A stretch of 64,000 bases of DNA from Sphyrna mokarran (Eukaryota), in contig JAGIQG010000016.1 in the NCBI GenBank assembly GCA_024679065.1, positions 40,424,001 to 40,488,000 on the forward strand, written 5' to 3'. Numbering within the stretch: the stretch's first letter is position 1; each line of letters begins with the position of its first letter. A program made the translations under genes and the position numbers. This document shows positions 38,771 through 50,292 of the stretch, one piece after another. The notes under the pieces were generated by a model. That model saw only the letters and a list, made by a program, of their open reading frames with translations, did not search any database and had not been told where the DNA came from.

Positions 38771-39493
38771 ACTGTGAATATGAAACATTCCAGAAATATT
38801 AAAGGCACAAATGTGCCACTGTATGCGATCAATCCAGTTGTCATTGCTGCTGCAATATGTGGAATTTGAGTACTGGAGATATGAACGTATTAGAGTTATT
38901 TCTCTACTGTCATGTCTATATTCATAGTAATTTAGCAATGGGGTTAATTTTGGTTGTTGCCCTTGCAGTTCTAAATTACGTTATTGCCGTGATGTATATC
39001 TGTTTTCATTAGTCTTTGAGACAGGTCTGATAAAATGTTACGTCTATCCAGTAATTGTTAGGAATTATGTGTCTATTTTGTATTGTTAAAAAGGAAAGTA
39101 ACTTCATTATTGCATCTTCTTTGTTTGGGTTATTGATAGCAATGTCATGTAGGGACTTGCAGAGAGGGAATCACACGAGCATAGTCAGTAAAATATTTTT
39201 TAGGACGAGGTTCTTTAGTTTTTCTCCTTTTCACCTTCTCATATATATTGATGGTAAATGGAGGATAATTTAAGTTGGAAGAATGGCAGCTGTGCTGTTC
39301 AAAGGTTGTAACCTTTTATACTTTCAGACTATTTTGTCAAACTCAAATGTACTGCACTTGAAATCTTTGCAACAAAAATCCCTGTTATGAAAGTGAATAA
39401 ATCTTTGAATATTTGGACTTGCTTTGAATCAAGTGCATTAATTTCAATGTAACTGAAAACTTGTGTTTAGGAATCTGTGGCTTTTTTTTTAAG

Positions 39494-39595
39494 GGTTCAG
39501 TTTGCTGGCCTGACAGTGACAAGACCAGGGGGTGATTTGGGAAAATACAAATCTGTTCCTCACCACCATCGAGGGGAAGTACAGTTCTTGGGAAG
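39494..39595 (+). CDS. B4GALT5: B4GALT5 coding exon 8 (RVQFAGLTVTRPGGDLGKYKSVPHHHRGEVQFLG)
   Basis: Acceptor tttttaag, donor AG|gtaagt; 102 nt. GKYKSxPHHHRGEVQFLGR motif. Confidence 0.96.
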
Positions 39596-40830
39596 GTAAG
39601 TATCACTTTTTCAAGTACTGTGCTTGAACATATTTATTGGGTTTGGGTTCAGAGGGATGGTAAAAAAAAACATTCTTAAAATGGCTTGTCCAAGGTTATG
39701 AAATTATTTCAAAATAAATATTGATCTCAGCAATGTTAACAGTACAATAAAGTGAAAATTCTTAGTGATTTCTAGTATTGTGTGTGAAATGTTCAAAAAG
39801 TTATTGTAACAATCGTGTTCCTCGTGCTTCTACATTATAGACAAGCTATTGCCAAAATATTGGATGGTAAGTTGATCTGAAAAAGCTCTCCTTTTTGTAT
39901 AATTCCATTCCATGTATGAATGAACTTAATTATCACCTTGTGTAACCATATGTAATCCTCTAAGCCTTGCCTTTCAGCAATTGATCTAAGGAATTGGCGT
40001 TAAGACTCCCAACCTTTGGAGCATTCAGATCTAGACAACACAACCCTAAACCACATTAGATTATAAAGCAAATTAAGTAAAGTCTGGGCACAGATTTGCA
40101 TTACGACTGAATTTTATTAAGTTAAGAGTATATCTTGTTTATTCCTCATTGTTTCAAAATCCATACACGCATTTTTAGCAATGAAATGTGGAAACTTATA
40201 TTGGAAACCCAAGCATAAATGTACATCTTCAGGCTTGGAGCACAAAGGTTGTAAAAGAGTTGCTCTTAACTATGGGGATTAAATTGGCAGTGCACAGCAA
40301 GTACACAACCTGATTGTGGTGAGTTTCAGTACTGAGATTTTCTAGAGTATCCTTCAATTGTGAATGCAACACGAGTGGTGAAATTTGTCTTTATCCAGAA
40401 AGCAAACCATTAGGTATTCACTCACCAAGCAATATATTACCAACAGGCTTCAGAGTATTCATCTTTGTCTTAGAAGGCTGACTGGCCACTGTCACACAGT
40501 GAACACATATTATTGATACTGGTTTTCATATGCCAATGTCAGCTCACTCTGAATCCCAGAGTACAGTGACAGTAAATCGAGTAGTTGTGTATTTATCAAT
40601 CTGACTTTTGGGAAGTAATGGCTAGATTTTACTGTCAGAAATATACTGTGGTTCTTGTGGTTGACTACAAAAAAAACTGCCCGTAAAAATATAGCTGTTC
40701 CCCTTGCCTACCAACATTTTAAATATTTTACCAAGATGAGGTATTTTTGGTTGTGCAAAAGCGGTAAAGTGAATGACTTCTTATTCTGCCTCAATTACAT
40801 TGAAAATTCTCAGACAGCAAATCAGGAATT

Positions 40831-41107
40831 TAGAATCCTAGAGTGTGGAAGGAAGCCTTTGGCCCATCAGGTCTGCACCTGATCTAAGTCCCATCCAGGC
40901 CCTATCCCCATAACTCCATGCCTTGACCTTAGCTAGTCCCCCTGAAATTTAGCATAGCCAATCAACCTAACCCACACTTCATTGGACTGCAGGAAGAAAT
41001 TGGAGCACCTAGAGGAAGCCCTCACAGGCACAGGGAGAACATGCAGATTCCCCACACACCAGGAATTGAACCCAAATCCCTGCCACTGTGAAGCAGCAAT
41101 GCTAGTC
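40831..41107 (-). mobile_element. HE1-like V-SINE, tail class A
   Basis: Tail, core and head on the minus strand. Confidence 0.8.
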
Positions 41108-41988
41108 AAGTACTTGATCCTTCACTTTTAATTTTGCTTTCTGAAAATTTTAATGATTGGGTTTAGCTGTAACATAACAAGATTATTTTTTTTCAAAGTA
41201 TGTAGAATGTTTTATCACATTCCTCAAATATAAAATTTCTTCCTGTTTAGTAAAGGTCTTTAGCTAGTACACCATTGAAATTAATAATGTGCAACCTTTT
41301 GAAGAGAACTTATGGTGGATGTTTCAGTCAATTCATTGTTTGAGGGGACTTCAAAACACATCTCCTGGAGGAACATTGGTCACCTACTGGACTTTTACAT
41401 TATTCTGCACATGTATAAACTCCTGGATACTGTTGGTATCAGTGGAGTATAATGATGATGCTGCTGACACTTTCACCATGGTTGTCATTGCAAAATCCTG
41501 ACCAATGTGCTTTTTATTGTGCATTGATTATTAAAGCAACATTAACATCAAAACGTTTTATCTCCACAGTTGTGCACTCATTCTACAAATGTAGAACACA
41601 GCTGAATGACAATGTGGTTTTTGAGTTTATGCTCTTCTGTTTTGTGAATTATTTATTTCATTTTCACTTAACATCTCATGACAAATTACTCCCTTTGTAA
41701 ATAACTGAATTTTTGGTTGGAGATAGTGCTGGATACCTTAAATACAAACCTAATTAATAGTGCAAAAACATAGATCTCTTGACTTAGAGTTTGTTCCTTC
41801 ATTGGGCAAATGGAGAACAAATGTCAACAAGTAAATAACCATTTGGACTAAAAATAGATTGTAGATTTTTTGAGTCATTCATAATTGAGCTGATTTTCAG
41901 TTCTTTGCTGTTAATTTTATCAAATAGTCAGATGTAATGTGGTATTGTGACATAGAAAACAAAATGTATTCCAAAATTGATCTTATTT

Positions 41989-42282
41989 GGCCTTTTGGCT
42001 AAGCTCAAGTGTAGTATCAACATGCTGTGCTTGGTTGAATCATTAGGTTACATTTTAGCTTCATTTGAAGCAATTTTTAAAATTTTGGCTAAGATGCAAA
42101 AGAGATCAAGCCTTGGAAGAGATGCATGATCCAATCAGCTTTGATCATGTAGATCAAGCCCAAGACAGGTGGTGAGAGCCCTGTCTTGTCAGCTTAGATT
42201 GGGAATGTCTCAACTTGTTGAGACTCTGAATTGGACTTAATTTGATTGAACTGTGATTTAAAAAAAAAAATTAAAAAAAAAA
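41989..42282 (+). mobile_element. U2 snRNA-headed SINE-like unit (U2 nt 11-40, ~240 nt structured body, A-rich tract)
   Basis: GGCCTTTTGGCTAAGCTCAAGTGTAGTATC matches 29/30 of recalled U2 nt 11-40, then diverges completely; A-rich tract at about 42260-42282. Confidence 0.7.
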
Positions 42283-42507
42283 GCTGCAGGTGCTGGGATC
42301 TGAAACAAAAAACAGAAAATGTTGGAAAATCTTAGCCGGTCTGACAGCATCTACGGGGAGAGAATAGAGCTTATGTTTTGAGTCTGGCTGATCCTTTGTC
42401 AGGACAGCTCAGGAGCCTGGGTCACCCAGACTCAAAAGTTGACACTATTCCCTCTATTCACAGATGCTGTCAGAACGGCTGAGGTTTTCCAATATTTTCT
42501 GTTTTTT
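42283..42507. mobile_element. Penelope-terminus-derived hairpin with hammerhead relics
   Basis: Arms 42307-42395 and 42420-42507 are inverted copies (AAACAGAAAATGTTGGAAAA...TCTGACAGCATCT versus AGATGCTGTCAGA...TTTTCCAATATTTTCTGTTT). Confidence 0.75.
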
Positions 42508-42963
42508 GACCTTATTTAATACGCTTTTTGCCACACTTGCTGCCATCTGCAAAATGTAATATCCACTTATTTAGCAATATAGCTGTGTAAACAGCTACTT
42601 AGGACAAACTTTAGAAATTAAAGTAAATAATTAGCTTGTATTAATGGTGTTAGGGTTTTATCTCTGTACTCTTATTTTAGTTTACTAGCTTTTTAATTCT
42701 ACAAAGCTGAAACTATTTATCTTGAATAAAAGTCCCCAACCTGACAGCCCCCTCCCCAACATGCCACCTCAATAACCCCTGTCCCAAAACACCTAAAATA
42801 TAACAAACTACACACTATTACCCCCTTCCTTCAAAGGTCTCTCTCTCACCCCAAATTCCATCTACCTTGACTAATACTCATTGTTAGTTGCATGGTAATT
42901 CAGTAACATTGAACTGTTATGAGCACCTTAACAAACTGTTTTACTTTTGTTTTGTTGTTGCAG

Positions 42964-43111
42964 ATATGCTTTGTTGAGACATTCTAAAGAGAGGCAACAG
43001 CTTGATGGCCTGCAAAACTTGAAGTACTTTCCAAATATCACGGTTGAAGTCTTGTATAAAAATATAACTGTAAACTTGACACCGGAGCTGGCTCCAGTGA
43101 GTGACTATTAA
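42964..43111 (+). CDS. B4GALT5: B4GALT5 last coding exon 9 (RYALLRHSKERQQLDGLQNLKYFPNITVEVLYKNITVNLTPELAPVSDY*)
   Basis: Acceptor ttgttgcag, stop TAA at 43109-43111. YALLR and LYKNITVNLTPELA are B4GALT5-type. Confidence 0.96.
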
Positions 43112-44557
43112 GTTATAATAGGCATAATGGTTTAGTGAGGGTTAGGATTGCTTGCTCAGAAAAAAAAATTGATGGACTTGTAAACCTGATTTTTTTAAAA
43201 AAAAATCTGCAATGAGACAACACAAGTTCCTTTGCGTGGTCTTGTGGAATTGACAAGCACTCCTGATTTTACTCTGACAACGGGTTGGGTAATGGTCAAT
43301 GCCTTTGCAGAAGCGCTGGTGAGCATGATAAAATCAGGCTTGAAATTCCTTGTGTCATGAACTTCGTGAGTGTAACCCCTCATTCCCACTTTTCCAATTG
43401 GATAATAGTACATCATTGATCAAGAAGGAAAAATAAACTGGTGAATCCACATAGCAGCATTTGGGGCAATGAATCAAACTGAATTTCAAGACTGCAGATC
43501 TAGTTGGAAGCTATTGTATCATATTTTGGCATTGGATGCCAATAGGAATGAAGTGAGCAGTTTCCTTTCCAATCACCTTGTGATCAAATACTAAATTAGC
43601 TGAAAAGCATACCATTACCTTTTTTTTTTATTCACTAGTAATTGTGAATGCACTTCTAGTGGATGAAGTTTTTGTAAATAAGCTGTGAATTGCCAGATAT
43701 TTTTTTATTTATAGTCTACTGAACCACAAGGTTTACATGTTGAGATCAACAATTTAAGTCTGACACTGTTGTATATGTAAGGCACAGAACACACTGAATA
43801 CAATCCCCTTGACTTGTAAATCTGAGGTGATTTTATTGGTATGTGTTCCCAAATATATGACTTAGAGTGTTCCGTTTCAGCCCTCTTTACTGCTACACTC
43901 TCATGCTGCTGATATTCATTGTTCCGAGAAAATTTGGCAGTTTTATGCATGCCTTAGTTAAACTGTGGTTGCTTGACTTTATTCAATGTAACTGATTATA
44001 TTTGAAATATCAGCATTTTGTTAAAAGCAAATGTGTGCCAATAACACTGTAGCATTTGTTCTATCAATTCATAAATGACTACACTTAAAATGTAGAAAGC
44101 TATTTTCCACCTTTTATGAATTGGGTTTATGGCAATGCCAAGCCTGTTTCTTTAACATTCTGCATTTGGGGGTTCAACTGCCTTCCTTAATTCATGGCAT
44201 TTAGCTGCTAATGTCAGCTTCTCTGTCTGAATTGGTGAGCTCCTTTTGCCCTTATCATGTTTGTAAAATGTCAACTTACTGAGTTTGGTGCTAAAGCCCA
44301 TTGCCTGTTTAAATTGTTCAGCCATTTTAAAAAGAAACATGGTTTATAGTATTAAATGTTGTAGATGATCACTGCTCGAGAATGATAGGATGTGGCACTG
44401 CACATGTGATTCTGCAGATTTTTTTATGCCAAGGGTAAATGAAGTGTTAAGTGAAATATGAGCACACCATGCAACTTTTAACACAACTGCTGGTGATCCA
44501 TTGCTTTAAGTGCCAGGATAAGAAGAGATGGGGAAAAGATATTTTTTTTAAAGTGGG

Positions 44558-44593
44558 GTATATGTATATGTATATGTATATATGTATGTATAT
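44558..44593 (+). repeat. (TATATG)n-like microsatellite in the 3'UTR
   Basis: Direct reading of the sequence. Confidence 0.9.
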
Positions 44594-44761
44594 TTTTGTA
44601 TCAATCTTTAGTTTGCACCTTTTATGAGTCTTCTGATCGCACCCAACAATAAATGGTAGGGAGATGACACAGGCCCTGCTGTTTGCAGTGAGGAACAACC
44701 TAAGTGAGTCGGCATGGAAGCTTTTGTTGCAAGGTCATGATCAGTCCATATGAAAGGACAG

Positions 44762-44895
44762 CTAGGGATGAAATTTCTCCAGTCCATTTATTTTTTAGCT
44801 AAATTATTAGTGTGAACACAAAATAGAACTCCTATTTTGTTCTCTGCTAATCCTGTTTTGCTAAAGATTTTCAAGGTAAAGAATTTCGCTCCTAG
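44762..44895. repeat. Degenerate palindromic (MITE-like) element in the 3'UTR
   Basis: Termini CTAGGGATGAAATT and AATTTCGCTCCTAG; central perfect stem ACAAAATAG/CTATTTTGT. Confidence 0.6.
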
Positions 44896-45799
44896 ACTTA
44901 TCCTTGAAAGGCTGCTAGCCTTATTTAGTTTTTATGTTCGCATTGGAAGCTGATGTTTCACAAAGGAATATTGCAGGTATTATCCTGAAGACCAAATATG
45001 ATGCAGTCAAGAGTGTATAGCAATAAAGAGAAGGCTGATTTGTTTCATTTTCAGCTGTCAATGGTAACTTGTGTTGAATCTGATATATTGCTTTACTGCA
45101 GAAATAAAATTGTGATTGTATTTTGTTTCGATTGATAGCTATATGTAACCATATGTTTGTCTTTTTTCCACCTCTATATTTTTTTCCTTCTGATCCACTA
45201 CCACTCCTTCCCCAAAATGGCTTTGAAGCACTTAAATATGTACTGGTCATGTTTTGGTGATTTCTCTCCAATGAGTTTTTGTGTATTTGTATAAAGGAGA
45301 AAATTGTGATGTGCATGTTCCAACATAATATAGAAAACGTATTGAAAAATTCCATAGTTAAAGAATTGGGGAGGGAAAAAAAAACTTAAATCATCGAGAA
45401 AGGTATTTACTAGGTTTAGCTTTGAATCAGTTTGAAACAATGCAAACCAGATTTTAATTTTCCAACGTATCTACTGGGAAAAATCCCCGTCCATTTCACA
45501 AATGTGTTCCATGTTGTTGGGATGAAGGATAATCTTGATTTGGATCACTTTTTGCCATGTTTGGTGCACAAGACTCACAATATGTTAGTATGTGAGCCAA
45601 ATAGCATGCAAAGAAAGTTGGTAAATATGCAAGAGAGTAGAAAACCATCAAACTTTCTGTAACACACGCAGGAATAAGGCCTAATCAGATTTTTTTTTTT
45701 CAAATGTTGGCATGCACTGCTTATTGAATATGGTTCCTATTTAAATTTTTGTTGTATGGTCTAGTTTTTGCATGTTTCCAAATAGAACGGGACAGATCA

Positions 45800-45824
45800 G
45801 CAAAGTTCTAGACCTGTGCACTGA
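45800..45824 (+). promoter_or_regulatory. miR-148/152 8mer site with extended 3' pairing
   Basis: GCAAAGTTCT-AGACCT-GTGCACTGA compared with the reverse complement of recalled miR-148a-3p, ACAAAGTTCT-GTA-GTGCACTGA. Confidence 0.7.
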
Positions 45825-45933
45825 AAAGCATTGAAAAGTATTAGAGTTTTCACCTCAAAGCCTTCTGTCCCACCTTTCACACCTTTGATCATTTGTTATA
45901 CATTTTTGTATTAATTTATGGATGATTTTTTTC

Positions 45934-45939
45934 AATAAA
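45934..45939 (+). terminator. Candidate polyadenylation signal AATAAA
   Basis: Canonical hexamer after a U-rich tract at the end of the TE-poor stretch; an overlapping ATTAATAAA follows about 45 nt later. Confidence 0.55.
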
Positions 45940-46559
45940 AATGTGAAAGACACCATGAGTCAATGTGTAGATTATAACTAATTAATAAATGTCAGGGTAT
46001 TCATTCCATGAGACAATTCAAATTAAACATTTTAAATATCCTTGTTAGAGGGAACTTTTATATAAAAAAAAAGTCTGTAGAAAATGTTACACAAAGTGCT
46101 CTGACTGAGCCACATTAATTTGTGTAATAGATGTATTTAGAGTATCTGACCCACAGTCTTCACATTGATCACTGTACTATGAAGAATCTTGCTTTGACAA
46201 TTGGTTCATTGTTGTCTGATGCCAGTTCGTGCAATGTGACAATGTTTGTCTCAGACTGATGCCTGAGTAAGTATGTTGCCTCCACTGCTGCAGTTATTTT
46301 TTTGTAGAGGAAGAATTGAGGTGAGACTGCAAGGTGTTATTGGATAACTGATAATTCAGAAAATATTATATAGTTATTGCAGTTTTAATTCCAGAATGTA
46401 CTGTTAGTTTCCAAAATTCACTGATTAATAGCATTCATCACTGCTTGTGGAATGAAGCAACTTCTTAATTCACATGTACCAGTCTTGGTTGTCATGATCT
46501 ACAGTAATGTTGCAGTGCTGGAAACAACAGATCATATAGGGATATGGAAAGAGAGAGAG

Positions 46560-47460
46560 AGGTGAGTGGGATTATGTGGATGGCTCTTTCAAAGGATTAA
46601 ATGGCTGTCTTTGCTCTTCATCCCCAATGTGGAGGTTTGCCAAACTCCACCCACCGTATAAACACGGCCACTCCAACCATCTTTCAATAATTGTACTAAG
46701 GAGCTGCAGATGATGCATTTTGGTAGGAGGAACATGAGCAGACAATGTAACATGAAGGCAGAATTCTTGAGGTAATGCAGGAGCAGAAGGACCTGTGTGT
46801 ATAGACCCATTGATCATTGAAGATGGCATGACAGGAGGAGAAAGTAGTTAATAAAGCATTCTGGACTTTATTAATAGGAGCATAGAGTACAAGAGCAAGA
46901 GGGTTTTGCTAAACTTGTGCAAGACACTATTTGGACCTCAGCTCAAGTATAGTGTACTGCTCTGTCGGGCAGTATGGTGGGTTCCGGCTTGGAGGGCTGA
47001 AAGGCCTGTTCTTGTGCTGTGATTTTTTTTTTTTGTTCTTTGTTCTTTCACAGTATAAGTCTAAATGCAAGAATGGTCTCAAGGATGAGAAACTTCAGTT
47101 ATGAAGCTAGATTGGAGAGGTTGGGATGTCTTCCTCCTTAGAGAGGAAGGCTAAAAGCAGATTTGAGAGAGGGATGAATGTAGTCGATGGGATAAAACTT
47201 ATCATTTGTAAAAGGATCGAGAGCAAGTGAACAGATTTAAAGCGATTAGCAAAAGGAGCAAACATGATGAGAGAGAGAATTTTCTCAACTAGTGTTTCAG
47301 GAATGTACTACCTGGATGTAAGTGGAGGCAGGTTCAATTGAGTCATTTGACAATTTTGAATGGAAACAGCTTGTAAATGTATGAGCAGAGAAAAATGAGT
47401 CATTTGGAGAACTGGTGCAAGCACGATGGGCCAAATGGTCTATTGTATTGCAACAAGTCT
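46560..47460 (+). mobile_element. Degenerate CR1 3' portion with a small CR1-tail insertion
   Basis: ATGCATTTTGGTAGG, CATAGAGTACAAGAGC and GATGGGCCAAATGG motifs. Confidence 0.75.
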
Positions 47461-50076
47461 GAATTTAGTTGCCTAGGAAATAGACTAAAATTGACTTCTA
47501 CCTTGGATAAACCACTAGCTGTTATTTCATAGACCTTCCATATTCCATTCTGGTAAACAACATTTCTGTGATGCACGGGGGTTCATTTATTTAATGCCAC
47601 TTACTTTAGCTATTGTGCCAAGAACACTTAATGATGTGGGTTCCCTGGAAAAGTTGAGTTTTGAATAGATGAGGAAGAGTTCTGCTTGTTCGTTTTTAGC
47701 AAAAATAAGGCTTAGAAGGCAATATAACACTTATTTTTAGTTTGATTGGACTGATGGTATTTTGATTAAAATAGCTAGAGACTCCAGTACTATTTGTAGG
47801 TGAGGCAGTTACGAAAATTGGGTCAAAAATGATCTCTGCTTTACTGTGGACAAGTGTGTGTATCGGTATACTTCTGTGGTCAGAACAGAATGTTGGGAAA
47901 ATATCCCTTTCATGTGGTTTCCCCACTGATATCATTTTGATATTTGGAAACAGAAATATTTAGTTTTGTGCTAGTATACTACCAGTATTAAAGATGTAGT
48001 ACAACTACATTACAGGAATACTTAAGACTATCTTACACTTGTGACCTTGTGAAATAAACTGCTATTTGATACAGTAAGTATCTTTTTTCATTTTCAAAGA
48101 AAATGAGAAACTTGTTACAGGAAGATGTAAAATTGGACATGGTGATACGATTTTGGATAATAGATCTTTCAGAGAGAATGAACACATCCTCATTCTATAG
48201 TTTCTTCTATTAATTGGTGCTCTAAATAGAAAGTGATATCTATCCTTGAACCAGTAATATGGTAGGTAGTGGAGCTTTTGTGATTTCTGTTAGGTCTAGA
48301 ATATCTGGAATGATGCAAGCATGCAAAAAGTACTTAACCTATTTGATATCACACAGATAAAAGTGAGATGCTCTTTTGAACACCTGAGCTCAACTCTTGA
48401 GAAGTGAGATTTCTGTCCTTCTAATCCACTCACCCATTTGAATCACATGAATCTTCCTGGAAGGCTATTCAAAGATCAATCTTCGCATAAAGAAATTAAA
48501 CATATTTCCCTCCATCCTCTTCTCCAAAAATAAGTATGAGGAACTCTTGCACTTTGTTGCCATGGCGATTGTTATTATTCATTCAGCTACCTCTTGTCCT
48601 TCCCCTCCCAAGATTCTCCCCACCCTAGCCCCCTCATTCTATAGATTTGGGAAGTTTCTGCATTTTCCTGTCCCTTCTTTCCTCAGACTGACCATCAAGC
48701 CCAACTGTTCTTGATTCTATTCCTATTAAACTGCTGACCATCCTACTTCCTTTCTTGGTCTGAATGATAACTGGGCATTCTAAATTGTTGCTCTCATTGT
48801 TTTCCCCTCTTAATTCTCATTGTAGCATTGGCCCTTTTATTCCTGTGACCCAAGTTACCCCTTTGGGTCAATTTTGATCTGAGTGAATCTGAGACATTTT
48901 GGGATGTTTGCCTTGTGTGTGTTAATGGATGTGTATAAGCTTTATTCTAGAGGCTTAACATAGTAACTAGATTAATGCCAAATCTATCCATATTTTAAAA
49001 AAGTTTCTGAATGTGACACCTGTTAATTAAGTGACAGAATTGTTGGATCATTTCAAGCTCTCATTGCAAAGAGATGCAATTAAATTGGATGCTTGGAATT
49101 CTTAATATTGTGTATTAAAAATTAGCTTCCATAGATTGGATTTATGGTTCTGTAAGTTAGTTTTTAGCTCAAAAAGTGAGTATTAGCAACATTGATCACC
49201 AAAATGAATAATGATTTTCCCTGCCAATCAAAGAAATAATCACTTCAATGTATTGCTAATTCATTTCTTATTTTCAGGGTATTGATAAAGTTATTGGTGT
49301 CCTAATGTTTACAAGAAGAGTCTGGTTTTAATATTATGTATTAAGATATATTAAATGATTTCAATGTGTACAAGTGTGTAGAAAATACTGAATGACCACA
49401 AATTAAATACAAGAAAGTAAGTGACTGCCAAAAGAGAAATAAAATGACCTTGTTATTACCAAAGAAGAATGATCCTCATGTTCACATTGGTGATACTTTT
49501 GACAGAATCCTCCTTCATAAGAAGGAATGTTAATCTGCATGAGTGTCCTGATGAATTATCTGTGATTGAAAATATCAAAATGACCAGGAGCAGAAATGGG
49601 AATAGAATCCAATAAAAAATACACCTGAATGAAAGGTTTGAACAGCAGTTAATCCAAGACCAGTAATTCTACTAGTCATTGGGTATGTGGAACCGCAAGT
49701 TGTCGAGATACAAATCTGTGATAAATATCTATCGTACTTTAAATTCGTATCATCAGAGTTGCTGTTGCAAAAAAAATCAGTAAATCTCAACAGTGTAAAT
49801 GCCAGCTATTGTGGCTGAATGGAACTGGTTCTGCTAAAGTGACTTTGGAGGAACAATCCTTTTTTTAGTGTCTCCATTTTTTTTGCAGGAACAAGCAAAA
49901 ACTTTTGCTGCTTTTGTGATATTTATAGTTTGTAAGATGGCTTATTCTTTTAAATATGAAGTTACAATAAATTGAATTCAAATTTGGTTTAAAATGATAC
50001 TTGCAGTGAAATAGCTTAAGTAAATTGTGACCATCTCAACCTATAAACAGTAAAAATGCGGAAAATTATTCGTCAA

Positions 50077-50292
50077 ATCCCTACAGTGCAGAAGGAGGCC
50101 ATTTGTACATCAAGTTTGCACAGCTCTCCAAAAGAGCACCTTACCAGGCCCTGCATAACCCCACACATTTTCCATGGCTAATCCACTAACCTACACATCT
50201 TTTGAACTGCAGATGCAAACCATAGGAAACCTATGTAGCCATAGGGAGAAGGTGCAAACATCATCTAGGCAGTCACCCAAGGCCAAAATTGA
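50077..50292 (-). mobile_element. HE1-like V-SINE, tail class A
   Basis: ATCCCTACAGTGCAGAAGGAGGCCATT tail plus core. Confidence 0.8.

Larger units (their letters stand above)
43112..45960 (+). other. B4GALT5: B4GALT5 3'UTR (approximate end)
   Basis: AU-rich, almost free of the SINE/LINE copies that fill the rest of the window; ends shortly after AATAAA at 45934. Cleavage site is inferred. Confidence 0.6.

Noticed and set aside
41989-42018. Functional U2 snRNA gene
   Set aside because: Only about 30 nt of the 5' part match; the Sm site and 3' stems are absent and unrelated sequence follows.
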